Source of the DNA: Octopus sinensis
Lineage: Eukaryota
Assembly: GCF_006345805.1 (NCBI RefSeq)
Contig: NC_043012.1
Location: 7,564,001 to 7,628,000, forward strand
Reading direction: 5' to 3'
DNA length: 64,000 bases
Made by a program: the position numbers and the translations under genes. The notes below the pieces were generated by a model. It did no database searches and was not told where the DNA came from. It saw nothing but the letters and a program-made list of their open reading frames with translations. Positions 1 through 12,809 of the stretch are shown here, piece after piece. Numbering within the stretch: position 1 is the first letter of the stretch; every line of letters starts with the position of its first letter.

Positions 1-675
1 TAGAATAATGGGAAATAAGCCAATGTACTTTAAACAGGAAGAACTGGAAGATATGCTTTTTCTGCCAAAGAAATTTAAAATGGAAACCGGACATTGTTTT
101 GAATTAAAAAAAAAAAAACAATGAAGACAACATTCAAGAGAAAAATCAATAACAAAAAATCAGATTGATTATAACCAATGAAAGAAAACAAAACCATGGA
201 CGCAGATTGAGATAAGTAATGAAACTTGATAAAACTTTAATATTATAAAAATACATTGAAACTATTGAAAGATTGATAGGTCAAAAATACTAAATGGACA
301 ATATTCTCTATCTAAATTAAAAGAACTTTTTGATGGGAAATTTTTACTTTTAAGAAACTCTCAAAATTAAAAAAAAAAAAAAACATATATTTCCTTACTT
401 CTAAATTGAATCCTCCCATTGAGTCACGTTCGAAACATATGAGAAACATTTATTCTTTACTTAAAATTTGGTAAGAATTAAATTTTTTTAAAATATATTG
501 AAACTATTTCAAAATTCAAAGACTAAAAATAATATGCGAACAACAATTTTTTTCCTAAATTAACTTTTTTTTTTTACTTTTCTATTAGAAATATTCTTTG
601 TTTACCAAATAAATGTATTTCTTACATTCAAAAATTATAACCTCTCACTGAGTCATGTGTGTATGTGTATGTATG

Positions 676-722
<47 letters not shown>

Positions 723-1195
723 TTTGCGAGATTTTTTATGTGAAATCGTGTGTTGAAACATATATTGTTGTATTTAGGAATGGTCATTTTGCTAGTTTAG
801 CCAATAAAAACACACGCACTATATATTTGGTGTTACTTTGCTTCAGCGTTATTTATTTTTTACATTAATCTTAATCTTATTTCGGCCAGAGTTCATTCGT
901 CACACTCCTGTGACCGCATCACTGGTCCTTTGCTTTCTTCTTTCTTATTTGTGTGTCTCTCCTTACTAACCGTCAACCATTTTGTATTTCTATTGTATGT
1001 GTCTTCATTTGCGCATGCGTATATCTCTATGTGCGTCTATGTTTAGTTAGTGTGTGTGTGTGTATATGTATGGGGGGGGGAAAACGCCTGTAATATTTGT
1101 ATCTCCTGTTTATATACGTTCGTGTAATTTGTTTTTGTTTTTGTTTATTCTTATTTTGTTCATGTGTTTATACCCACTTATTATTATTATTATTA

Positions 1196-1259
<64 letters not shown>

Positions 1260-1528
1260 CATTATTATTATTATTATTATGCATGTATGTATATATGTAT
1301 AACAATAATAATAGTAATAATAGTAATAAATATAAATAAAATTTTTAAAAAATAAAAATAAAAATAAATGAAATAAAAAATATATGTATATAGTTATTTA
1401 CTTCCATTTGTTTATTAGAAGGTTTGGAGATGATGTACAGGTATTTTATATTAGAAGAAATGAGGTACTCAGAAATTCGGATGGTTTTATATTTACAGAT
1501 ATTTATTTGTATATTACATGTTTTTATA

Positions 1529-1926
1529 CTAGCAGTATCGCCCGGCGTTGCTCGGGTTTGTAAGGGAAATAACTATATAAGCATTTTTAGAGTGTTATAG
1601 CCAGAAAATAGCAAAAAAATGCATTAAAAATGGAAAAAAAATTAAGGTAAATTTTTTTTTTAAATCGTTGACACATCGTAGATATTTTTATAGAGTTACT
1701 TCCCTTATATAATAGCGAAAAAATGCATTAAAATGGAAAAATATGATGGTAAATTTTTTTTAAATCGTGGACTCATCGTAGACGCGCGCTAATACCCAGA
1801 AGGGCTCGATATGAATCACGACTATAAGATACCCGGTTTTGGTTAAACTGCATCGCAAAATGTGGGAGCAGTTAGGAATCTAAATCGTAGGAGACAGACA
1901 CACAACTTCACTTTTATATATAAAGA
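1529..1926 (-). mobile_element. Non-autonomous Helitron, about 400 bp
   Basis: On the minus strand it starts TCTTTATATATAAAAG (1926) and ends CCCGAGCAACGCCGGG hairpin ... CTGCTAG (1529). It sits between A and T with no TSD and has an internal ~70-bp duplication (1608-1682 / 1712-1782). Confidence 0.85.
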
Positions 1927-2973
1927 TATAAGCCACGTAGTTATATACACATACTTTGTTATATACACATTCTTAAAAGAAAATGTTATTTTGAACACAA
2001 CATTTATAAAGAATAAAATATCTTTTGGTTTTTCTTTTAAACGGATGCATACATTTATTAATAACTATATATAAGTGTCGTCTGTTTATACATAAACACT
2101 GTTTCATACTGCAATTATATATACATATATCTATATATAATATTATATAATAAAACTAGCAGAATTGCCCGGCGTTGCTCGGGGCTGAATTGCTTGAAAG
2201 TACTGTTAATGATTGCACTGAATTATGATGATTGTTCAGGCAAATATTGATATAAGTTCATGGCGAATGAATGTATTTGTAAGTGTATAGAAAGCCGTGT
2301 AAAGGTGTTCTTACCCCCTCGTAGAATGGTGTAAGAATTGAATGTGAGGTTGCCTTGAAAAGAGCCATGTTATTGTTCTCATAATTGTAAGAATTTGATA
2401 GTCGTGGAAGGCGATGTAAAACGTTCGCAGGTGAATAGGGTCTCTTCGTTTTGCACGAACGGTAGCGGATGTGCTGTTACAAAACTTGATGCTGTGTTAA
2501 AAGAGAGTGGATTTCATATGTAGGCAAGAGAGGAATGAAGCATGGGTAAGTAAATATGTGTAATTTATAAAATATAGAACAATAGCATCTACTCACCATA
2601 TGTCAGACCGGCAAGACTGTAGTGGTGCTGATTAGGTGAATCACAATACAGTGGTGGAGATGTTTTCATTGATGGGCGTTTTGATTAAATTTGTTGTTGT
2701 ATAAAATGATATGTTGCGATCGTGTTGTCGCTCATGTAAACTTTAACAATGAGAGTGTAGATGTAGGGGGTAGATGTGTCATGTACGTTAGATATAGAAG
2801 ATGAGGCTGGTGGTTTGATGATGAATGGATAGAAATAGAGTTGAGCGAAGGACAGGTGTTGGTTAAGTGTGAATTAATGTTATGAAACGCCTAGAAATGT
2901 AAATGCCGTCATAAAAGAGAGTCGTATGTAAGTGAAATACTAACGTGTTTGAAAATGATGAAACGTAGTAATC

Positions 2974-4980
2974 CTATAGAACCTCCTTGTACACAATGTT
3001 TTTTGTTTTTCGTTGTGGAAGGAATGCGAAAGCATCACTGTTGCTGCCGACACGCGAGCAGCCAACATAAAGCTGACCATGAGAGAAACATGGCTCTCCC
3101 AAATGTATTCCTGCCACAGACAGTGTTTGACCCTGCGCTTTGTTAATTGACATTGCGAAACATGACCTTACTGGGAACTGGGACCTCCGAAATATGAAAG
3201 GTAGGTCTGCTCCTGATGGGAAAAGATGCATCCTAGGTATGAGCACAACGTTGCCTCGACCGCACCCTGTGATAATGGTGGCCTCAATCAGATTGGGAGA
3301 TAAGGACTTAACGATCAAACGTGTGCCATTACATTGTTTTGGGGGAACCAAATTTCTAATGAGCATTATAGGGGCACCAACTTTAAGTTTGAGAATGCGT
3401 GGTGGTAGTCCGGGGGGCTCAAAGGAATTGAGTACCTCTATTGGATAATTGATGACGTCGTCTGGGTCAGGAGTTGTATCAATAGACTTATATACATAGA
3501 CATCCCCAGGAATGAGTTTTAGTATTTCCTCATTAATATGGTGAACAGTTTTATTCCTCGGGGCTAGAATAGCCCTTTGGCCAATCCAATCCATATTCTG
3601 ATAATTAGCTTGTAGATCTGGGAAGACTGCATCTCTGAGATCAGAAGGCGTCTTAACAATGGTACAAATGGAATTGATGGCAATATTACCATTTTCATCC
3701 CCTGGTATTTTGCCTTCGCCAAGTGCAAGAAGGGTGTGAGAAAATGCTGCTGATGTGATATCACGTCGCATATGAGCACGCATATTGGTGTGAAGTTTGA
3801 GAGTCTTCACCAGTGGCCACAATGTGGATGACTTAAGACACGCACTTACAGCATCAGCTCTAGTCCCTTTGGGAATAACGGGAAGTGTTTGTCGGAAGTC
3901 CCCTGAAAGAAGAAGTGTTATGCCTCCCATGGCAGCTGAAGAGTGTTTGATGTCTCTGAGAGATCTATCTAGTGCCTCAAGAGCACCTCTGTGGGCCATC
4001 GTGCATTCATCCCAAACGATAAGCTTGCATCGTCTGAAGACTTCTGCCTGATCGGAGCTGTTACTGATGTTGCAAGTTGGTGTCTCAGTCTTCGCTAAGT
4101 CAAGTGGGAGTTTGAAAGTAGAGTGAGCTGTCCTGCCGCCTGGCAATAAAGTAGGCGCAATTCCAGATGATGCCACAGCTAGGGCAATGCCTTGTGTTCG
4201 CCTAATCTCAGCCAATATTAATTTGTTGACAAAAGTTTTCCCAGTGCCCCCAGGAGCGTCCAGGAAAAAAATGTCTCCAGCTTTGGCCCGGACTGAATTA
4301 ACAACGGAGTTGTAAGCGAACTTCTGTTCTGGAATGAGCTTTGGCTCATTGTCGGCTATGTACTCGGCAAGCTCGTCAATATTAAAACATGTCTCACGCA
4401 GCAAATGTGAAGACAGAGTGTTTGTGCCTTCCCGGTTTGTTGAAGGTAGGGCATAGACCGGCAAGGCACTACCGCCCATATCAAGTACAGTATCTTCAAT
4501 TTCAAGCAGCGCCCTGTTGTAAATGAGGTCAGTGTACCCGACCTCCATTGATGGATGTAGCGATTGAGCGTGACGCAGGAAATCTTCAGACATATCATCT
4601 TTGTAGGTAATCCATAAAGAGGCGGGATTAGCCAAGTCACACCATAGTAATAGAATAGTGAAAAGCGATCTGATTTTTTTAGGAGATTTGAATGAAACAC
4701 CTTCTGCCATAGTGGCGCCCCATTGTGAATCATCCTCCAAAAGTCGACGCCGAAAACAGGCTTCACGGAAAGTATCACATAATACACCATCAACAGTTCT
4801 GATGTCTTGAAAACTTTGTGGGCCTAAAACCTCATGGAGGAGAAGGCGCAGGTGAAAACAGTCATGTTGGTTTGGAGGTACAGTGTAGACTCTTCCTAGA
4901 CAACTGTTAAACTTGACACCAGGATGTCCTTCAACATCCTGACCCGACTTCCTACGCACCCAATTGTTGTTTGACCACAC
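2974..4980 (-). CDS. Helitron PIF1-family (SF1B) helicase portion of RepHel, 668-aa open frame
   Basis: Walker A APGGTGKT, IVWDECTM, SGDFRQTLPV, AMSINKAQGQTL and HGQLYVGCSRV motifs, ending TKNIVYKEVL. The frame is a continuation of a frameshifted upstream Rep, so the ORF start is not a true start. Confidence 0.9.
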   Translation of the reverse strand: MWSNNNWVRRKSGQDVEGHPGVKFNSCLGRVYTVPPNQHDCFHLRLLLHEVLGPQSFQDIRTVDGVLCDTFREACFRRRLLEDDSQWGATMAEGVSFKSPKKIRSLFTILLLWCDLANPASLWITYKDDMSEDFLRHAQSLHPSMEVGYTDLIYNRALLEIEDTVLDMGGSALPVYALPSTNREGTNTLSSHLLRETCFNIDELAEYIADNEPKLIPEQKFAYNSVVNSVRAKAGDIFFLDAPGGTGKTFVNKLILAEIRRTQGIALAVASSGIAPTLLPGGRTAHSTFKLPLDLAKTETPTCNISNSSDQAEVFRRCKLIVWDECTMAHRGALEALDRSLRDIKHSSAAMGGITLLLSGDFRQTLPVIPKGTRADAVSACLKSSTLWPLVKTLKLHTNMRAHMRRDITSAAFSHTLLALGEGKIPGDENGNIAINSICTIVKTPSDLRDAVFPDLQANYQNMDWIGQRAILAPRNKTVHHINEEILKLIPGDVYVYKSIDTTPDPDDVINYPIEVLNSFEPPGLPPRILKLKVGAPIMLIRNLVPPKQCNGTRLIVKSLSPNLIEATIITGCGRGNVVLIPRMHLFPSGADLPFIFRRSQFPVRSCFAMSINKAQGQTLSVAGIHLGEPCFSHGQLYVGCSRVGSNSDAFAFLPQRKTKNIVYKEVL

Positions 4981-5964
4981 GTAGTAGGACGGGACCTGAG
5001 GGTATAAAAGTTTTTAGCAAATGTGTCAAGTTGGCAAAGCCTAAAGAAACCGGTCAAAGTTGTTTGTTTTGGATTTGCCGCCAAATCAGCTGCAGTCTGT
5101 TCAGTAAAGTAAGTTCGTTGGCCATTTTCCAAATGAACCGCTAGTTGTATGATGGCGGGGTGCCTTTGGTGAAGTGGAAACCCGAATATCCGCCAAAAAG
5201 CTTCACCACTGCTTATGTACCGACCTGCCATGTACTGTGACACCTCGTCCATGCTATTGTCCTTTTGAAGGCCAAACATGGCAGCGTCAGAACCCTTGTT
5301 AACATATTTACATATATACTTTATAGACTTGACTGAATGACAGAACTCCACATTTATGTGAGCGTTAAAAGTTTTCATCAGAAATGGACAGTACGGCACT
5401 ACCACCTATTATCCACTTGATGACCCCGTAACGTTATAGTGAATCCACCATTGTCAGGGTGCCTTCTTCTGCACAGTGGGTATCCGTCGCGGCCGGTCTG
5501 GGTCTCGTCCACGAACCTCTTTGGGTACCGTTTAGTGCACACGTGGTCTTTGTGGCATGAGGAGAACTTTTGAAAACCAGGACCGCACGGACCGTGTACC
5601 ATGTGTGCCTTCACAATGTCGTACAGCTGCCGGTCAACAGTTGGGCCCGGAATTTCTGCTGCAATGAGATCATCAAGAACTGTTGGGTCTATTTTGTTGA
5701 CCAACCAAAGCAAAATGTGCGCGTGTGGCAACCCTCTTTTCTGCCACTCAACAGTATACATGTGGCAGTTAACAGGCCCAAAAACCTGGCCTTTTTTATT
5801 AAAAGAATGAGCTTAGCCAGTTTCTGCCTGAAAACCCTTGCAATAATATCATGGCGATGACAGTACTGCTGCCCTGGGAGAAGTTCTCGCGTTACTTCAA
5901 CCCACTTTGGGTTACATGTAAAGGTAATGAATAAATCGGGTCGCCCATAATGCCGAACGTAAGT
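4981..5964 (-). pseudogene. Helitron Rep (HUH/Y2 endonuclease) domain, frameshifted and N-terminally truncated
   Basis: YVRHYGRPDLFITFTCNPKW (motif 1), VEWQKRGLPHAHILLW (HUH) and SIKYICKYVNKG (Y2) lie in different frames, with frameshifts near 5770, 5401 and 5005. Confidence 0.9.
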
Positions 5965-6380
5965 CTAGCAGCTGAAAGAAAATTTTTATGCAAGTATAGC
6001 GACAGAGTGTGTAAAATGTATAGAAATTTGAGTTAAAAGCCAGAAAAGAAAGTTAGATTTGCAAGAAAGGAAGTAGTTTACGTACATGTTCGAAATGTGA
6101 AGTGTTTTAGTTGTTTAATCAAATATTTGCGTAAAGTGTATAGAAACGTAAATTGAAAATGAAAATGAATTGAAATTTTTAAGAAAGGAGTTTGTTTACA
6201 TACATGTGTGAAATGGCAAATGTTTGTGCAGTTGTCCGAAATGGAATCCAGGGTAAATGTGTGGAACTGATGTATTATAATGAATAGTCCTTCTTGAACT
6301 GAAAACCAGTGGTGTAGCATATAAGACGATAAGGGATCTTCTCGCCAAAATGGATGACCAGTCTGAATGGCTCACCCCTG

Positions 6381-6412
<32 letters not shown>

Positions 6413-7256
6413 GCACGCACAGACACACACGCACACACAGCACACACACAGACACACACACACACACACGTTAGCTTACAATGTCTGTCAACAATGTGTG
6501 TAAAGTGGAAGTGGGAGTGAAAGAGTGAAAAGTTAAAATATTGAGTTTTCTCGAATTTTGTCTTAATTGGGGGTGAAATTGAAAGAAATTTTGTATGGCA
6601 TGACCGAATGAAAGTACTTTGAAAAATCATAGGTAAACTCTAATTGAAGAAATTGTGTGAGGAGTAAATCGTTATGTATTTATTTGTTTCTGTTTGCTGT
6701 GTTTTTTTTTTTTGAGTAGTGGTTTAAGGTACACTTGCAAAGAGAAAGTGGGAGAAATTATGTTGATAGCATGAGTGATCCGTTTTATAGAAATACTTTC
6801 AGTTTAATCGTTGCACACTTGCAAAGAGAAAGGCGGAGAAATTAGGGTGATAGGGTGAGTGAAGCAGATCGCTCCGTTTTTGTGTGTGTGCGTGTGCGTG
6901 TGCTGTAGCCCACACTAAGAAAAGCACTTGACTTACACACCACAATGTGAGTTTTCTCTAAATTTTGCTTAATTGTGCGAGGTCAGAGATCTGATAAGCA
7001 GAGCCCTATTACTAAGTAACCCTGTAAACCAATACAACCTGTGCACGTTCGAGCGCCAGTGGCGACCCAACTCCGTATGGGGTGGAGATGACATTTTAAA
7101 CACCCAGCTGGATGAAAACTGCGAAACTAGTCAAAGGACAGATGATATCAAGTCAATAAACCGTCATCCAATATTTTGACATAACTGTATGAGCGTGATT
7201 ACGTGTATAAGTAAATGCACGCGAAAAAGGGATCCTTTTGTTTGAAATCCGCAATA

Positions 7257-7710
7257 CAGTGATCCCTCGCTACTTCGCGGTTCAACTATCGCGGATTCAT
7301 GTCTTCGCGGATTTTTTAAATATATATATGAACGCCTAAAAGTTTTCATTAAATCCATTAAAATATTAATAATAAATATTATTTCCTAGTCTAGGAACAA
7401 CAAAACAAGTGTAAAATAGCAAAAAAGCTTATACAGGGATATTTGAACTTAAGACGGGCTGTGATTGGTACAATCGAGGAGGGGACAAACAAGGACAGAC
7501 ATAGGTATTAAGTCGATTACACTGACCCCAGTGCATAACTGGTACATAATTTATCGACCCCGAAAGGATGAAAGGCAAAGTCGACCTCGGCGGAATTTGA
7601 ACCCACAACGTAACGACAGACGAAATACCGCGAAGCATTTCGCCCAGCGTGCTAACGTTTCCGCCAGCTCGCCTCGGAACCAATCTACCGCGATAAACGA
7701 GGGATCACTG
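7257..7710. mobile_element. Tc1/mariner (pogo/Tigger-like) MITE carrying a nested SINE fragment
   Basis: TIRs CAGTGATCCCTCG..TCGCGGT at both ends, flanked by TA at 7255-7256 and 7711-7712. A SINE family C fragment on the minus strand lies at about 7480-7673. Confidence 0.85.
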
Positions 7711-8266
7711 TATTTCGTGGTCTCTGGTCATTTTGTACTCCTTGCATCATTTTTGTTTAAAGACTGTTGAATAGCTTCAGATATGTTGTGAGAGGTTCGC
7801 GTGAGGCATAATCTCGGTTGTCACCTTCAAATTTGATTAAATTGTTTGTTTTTTCGTTTTTTTACTTCTTTGATTTTGACTTGTTTCGATCTTGGATTGA
7901 GGCCATACTGGAGGAACACTGACCTGAAACGTCTATCCAAACAAATCGACCACTAGTACTTGTTAGAAATTAAAGTCTGGTGCTTAGGTGCTTATTTTAT
8001 CGGGGGGGGGTGCTTTTACTGAACCGCTAGATTACGAGGACGAAAACAAACATTTACCGGTCGTCAAGCAGTTGTGGAGTACAAACACAATCACGAAGAG
8101 ACGCACACACACATACGTATATATGTATATTTGCATGGATGTGTAAATGTGTGTGTGTGTGTGCGTGTGCGTGTGTGTGTGTGTGTGTGTATGTGTGGGT
8201 GTGTGTGTGTGTGTGGTGTGTGTGTGTGTGTGTGTGGTGTGTGGTGTGTGTGGTGTGTGTGTGTGT

Positions 8267-8321
<55 letters not shown>

Positions 8322-8420
8322 TTTTAATATAATCTGTGTAAAGATCTTATAGAGTGCGTTTCAAAGCTCCTTTCGAGTATCGGCTACCAAGTGCTGTCAT
8401 TCTGTGGGACTTCTATCACT

Positions 8421-8494
8421 GGATAAAATGCACGCCGGATAAAATGCACGCCGGATAAAATGCACGCCGGATAAAATGCACGCCGGATAAAATG
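8421..8494. repeat. Perfect 16-bp tandem repeat (GGATAAAATGCACGCC) x4.6
   Basis: Read directly: copies at 8421, 8437, 8453 and 8469, with a partial copy at 8485. Confidence 0.95.
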
Positions 8495-8666
8495 GTGAGC
8501 GCCTTATGATTCGAATTCAAATACCCGCAGGTTCGACTTTCGTCTTTCAGAGTCGATGAAATAAGTATTAGTTTAGCACTAAGGACCAAGGTCGATATAA
8601 TCCACTCTTCCCTACCCCGAAAAATCTCAGGTCCTCTGCATATAATAGAAAGTGTGTGTGTATGTA

Positions 8667-8739
<73 letters not shown>

Positions 8740-9074
8740 TCTTTTATTCTTTTATACGTTTCAGCTCTAAAGCTGTGGCTATACTAGAGTACGGTCAGCG
8801 AAAATATACGACAAAATATCAGTGCCTCGGGTAAAGTTCGGACTCAGAACCTCCGCATTTTTCGTCCGTGACTTACACAGCGAAGGTACTGTCTATAAGT
8901 ACGGAATGCTAACTGATTGTACCACCGGGACACATTATTTAAAATAGTTTGATTCGGCTGCTTGCGACTTAAAGTTTCGCGGGTCTCTGACAAAAGATAT
9001 GGAAGCAAAGCAAACTTTTAAATAATACATGTGTTGAATGACTTTTTCTTTCATTTGTCCAATCACTGGTAAAT

Positions 9075-9558
9075 ATATTCATATATATAAATATGTATAT
9101 ATATATACATACACACACATGTATTTATATACATGTATATATGGATATATATACACACAAATATATATACATAAACATATATAAACACACACACATATAT
9201 ATACATACACTCACACACACACATATATATATACATGCACACACACACATATATATATATACATATATATATATGCATATATATACATGCACATATACAT
9301 ACGTATATATGCTTATATATATGCATATATATATACATATATATATTCATATACATATATATATATTATGTATATATATATTTATGTATGTATATATATA
9401 TGTGTGTATATATATATGTATATATATATATATGTATATATATATATAAGTATATGTATATATATATATATATATATATGTGTGTATATATATATGTATA
9501 TATGTATATATATATATGTATATATATATATGTATATATATGTACATATATATATATG

Positions 9559-9592
<34 letters not shown>

Positions 9593-9608
9593 CATATATA
9601 CATATACT
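9075..9608. repeat. Compound (TA)n/(TACA)n microsatellite
   Basis: Low-complexity sequence; source of the YIYI pseudo-ORFs. Confidence 0.95.
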
Positions 9609-10010
9609 CAATAATAAATTACCGTTAATAAGATGGCTGTTTATAGCCATGACACATTTTTAGTCAAATTTCGAAATTTTTCAAAAATTTACAATCTATA
9701 TTAATGGCTCGGACCAAGTTGTCGAAAGAATGAGTAGAGTCTGGTAGCGAACCCGTGTCGTCGTCGTCATTTTTGTGCATTTGAGTAAAATAGCGAAATT
9801 TTGCACTTTGGGGCAGATATCGTCAAATTGATGTCATGATGGCTTGTGCGAAAAAATGCCTAAATTTTGCTTGAGAAATAAAATGCTCTCTCTTACCTAA
9901 TCAAAACCTGAAATGTCGGGGATTTAAAACAACGAATTGAATGAATAAGTTTTAGCAAATCAAAACAATTCGCATTGGAATGAAGAATTAGCAAACGCTA
10001 AAAAGATTAC

Positions 10011-10410
10011 AGGAGTGGCTGTGTAGTAAGTAGCTTGCTAACCAACCACATGGTTCCGGGTTCAGTCCCACTGCGTGGCATCTTGGACAAGTGTCTTCTG
10101 CTATAGCCCCGGGCCGACCAATGCCTTGTGAGTGGATTTGGTAGACGGAAACTGAAAGAAGCCTGTCGTATATATGTATATATATATGTGTATATGTGTG
10201 TGAGTGTTTGTGTATGTGTGTTTGTCCCCCTAGCATTGCTTGACAACCAATGCTGGTGTGTTTACGTCCCCGTCACTTAGCGGTTCGGCAAAAGAGACCG
10301 ATAGAATAAGTACTGGGCTTACAAAGAATAAGTCCCGGGGTCGATTTGCTCGACTAAAGGTGGTGCTCCAGCATGGCCGCAGTCAAATGACTGAAACAAG
10401 AAAAAAAGAG
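10011..10410 (+). mobile_element. tRNA-derived SINE family A, full length
   Basis: A-box-like TGGCTGTGTAG, B-box GGTTCAGTCCC, central microsatellite and tail CAGCATGGCCGCAGTCAAATGACTGAAACAAG. More than 12 related copies are in the window. Confidence 0.9.
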
Positions 10411-10674
10411 TAATTACCGTTAATAAACTGTCTGTGTATATCCATGAAACATTTCTCGTCAAATTTCGACATTTTTTGTCCATTTTTTGCCGAAAATTTA
10501 CGATTTTTGAAAAAATCGATCTTGATTAAAAATCGATAGTGATTAAATACCAATTTTTTTACAAAATTCCAAGTGCGAAAGTGACCGCATGGGCATAAGC
10601 CACACACATGGGTCAAGTTTCATCAAGGTTTCGGAAGAGTTAAAGTAACAAATTCACAAAGACACAAACTTGCC

Positions 10675-10740
<66 letters not shown>

Positions 10741-10741
<1 letters not shown>

Positions 10742-11041
10742 TCACTGTGACCGACCAGGCTATCAGATGTTGCTACACATCGCTGGTCACAATGCGCTTA
10801 GCATTGTTTTAGCCTTCGAATGACGTCACCCCGCAGCTACGCGAGCAGGCCAACAGAACAAAGAGTGAGAAAAAGTTGTGGCGAAAGAGTTCAGCAGGAA
10901 TCGCCACCACCCTTTGCCAGAGCCTCGTGGAGCTTTTAGGTGTTTTCGCTCAATAAACACGCACAACGCCCGGTCTGGGAATCGAAAGCGCGATCCTACG
11001 ACCGCGAGTCCGCTGCCCTAACCATTGGGCTATTGCGCCTC

Positions 11042-11042
<1 letters not shown>
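10741..11042 (-). mobile_element. tRNA-derived SINE family B, tail variant 1
   Basis: Head GGAGGCGCAATAGCCCAATGGTTAGGGCAGCGGACTCGCGG... with B box GGTTCGA-like, shared with copies at 17992, 21948 and 26953. Confidence 0.8.
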
Positions 11043-11102
<60 letters not shown>

Positions 11103-11149
11103 ATATGTATATATATATATATATGTATATATATATGTATATATATATG

Positions 11150-11201
<52 letters not shown>

Positions 11202-11204
11202 TAT

Positions 11205-11235
<31 letters not shown>

Positions 11236-11240
11236 GTATA

Positions 11241-11312
<72 letters not shown>

Positions 11313-11328
11313 TATATATATATATATA

Positions 11329-11381
<53 letters not shown>

Positions 11382-11385
11382 TATA
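11043..11385. repeat. (CA)n/(TA)n microsatellite
   Basis: Low-complexity sequence. Confidence 0.95.
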
Positions 11386-11750
11386 CGGCAAATAAGAAAA
11401 TGGAGAGGGTACAAAAACGACATACATCAGCCGGTAGACATTCTAGTATGTCTATTTATTCCAAAGTATTAGAAAGTATTAGAGGAATACATACACATGT
11501 AATAACTGTGTGTTACACACACGTGTACTAATATTATAGAAAAGAGCAAAAGAGCAGATTGACAGCAGGTGCTAGTTCCTTACGGCCGTTTCTGCGAAGA
11601 CGTAACGAAATCCTCCATGCCATCTCCATCTCCTCAGTGTTCTGTAGGGATGGGCAGGTAAAGCTTGGATGATGAATGTGCCTCTAGGTTTCTTCAGAGG
11701 GTCTAAGTGGTTGGGAGGGTTAATACATATAAGAATATAAGAATATATAT

Positions 11751-11805
<55 letters not shown>

Positions 11806-11844
11806 TATATATATATGTATGTATTATGTATATATGTACATATA

Positions 11845-11890
<46 letters not shown>

Positions 11891-11996
11891 CTCACACACA
11901 CATATATATAATATATATATGTATGTATGTATATATATATATATAATATATATATGTGTGTGTGTGTGGTGTGTATATGTATATATATATATATAT

Positions 11997-12148
<152 letters not shown>

Positions 12149-12180
12149 CTAGCAGGGTACCCGGCATTGCTCGGGAAGTG
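12149..12180 (-). mobile_element. Helitron 3' terminus; extent of the element unknown
   Basis: CCCGAGCAATGCCGGG hairpin plus CTGCTAG|T, nearly identical to the termini at 1529 and 2156. Confidence 0.75.
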
Positions 12181-12809
12181 AAGGACTCGGCCGATGGACA
12201 ATTTGTTGCAAAAAGTAAATTCTGCATGATCTTATTCTTTCAAAAATCAGCTTTTGCATATTTCGTAACTAGGACGCAAAATTCAATGAAGTATAACTTT
12301 TGGTAAACATCAACAAGCAATTCTCAACCAATGGCATTTTGTCAATGACCCTATTTTTTTCTCTTTTCTTTGTTTATTTTGATCATGAAAAGCATTCATT
12401 TGAAGATTGTGTTTATTTTTTTACGGGACCATCCAACATAAAACTGTCATGCTCTTTCAGTCGCGTCCAGTTTCTCCCAAAGTTTTGCTCAAGGATTTGT
12501 TGATGTACACTGAGAAGCGTAGGATCTGGAAAAGTTAGGGAAAGCGGGAGGGGGGGCTCTCTTGAAGTAAAAGAGGCTGCAAGTATCTTCACCATTGCTA
12601 CATCTCGATGAGCAGTCAATATTTGACCGACCGTTACCAATGGAAGACTCTCTACCAATCTCGACTAACATTAGCTTATTGTCCATATATCTGCGACTGT
12701 ATTGCTGCTCCTGCGCTACTGGTTCCGTTGCTGCCACTGCTGCTGCTGCACAGACAAGCATCCCAGACTGACATCACACCTACAGCATTGTACAGTTACT
12801 TCCACAAAC

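Larger units (their letters stand above)
2156..5964 (-). mobile_element. Helitron, formerly autonomous: Rep-helicase with 3' terminus; 5' end not located
   Basis: The 3' end is hairpin CCCGAGCAACGCCGGG plus CTGCTAG|T at 2156, and Rep and PIF1 helicase motifs lie upstream. The left boundary is exact; the right boundary is the limit of recognisable coding sequence. Confidence 0.92.

Noticed and set aside
3140-5860. Plus-strand and off-frame ORFs overlapping the Helitron
   Set aside because: Shadow frames of the RepHel coding sequence.
6729-6862. Diverged ~50-bp direct repeat (ACACTTGCAAAGAGAAAG...) as the Helitron 5' end
   Set aside because: No TC terminus or A|T junction; likely an old local duplication.
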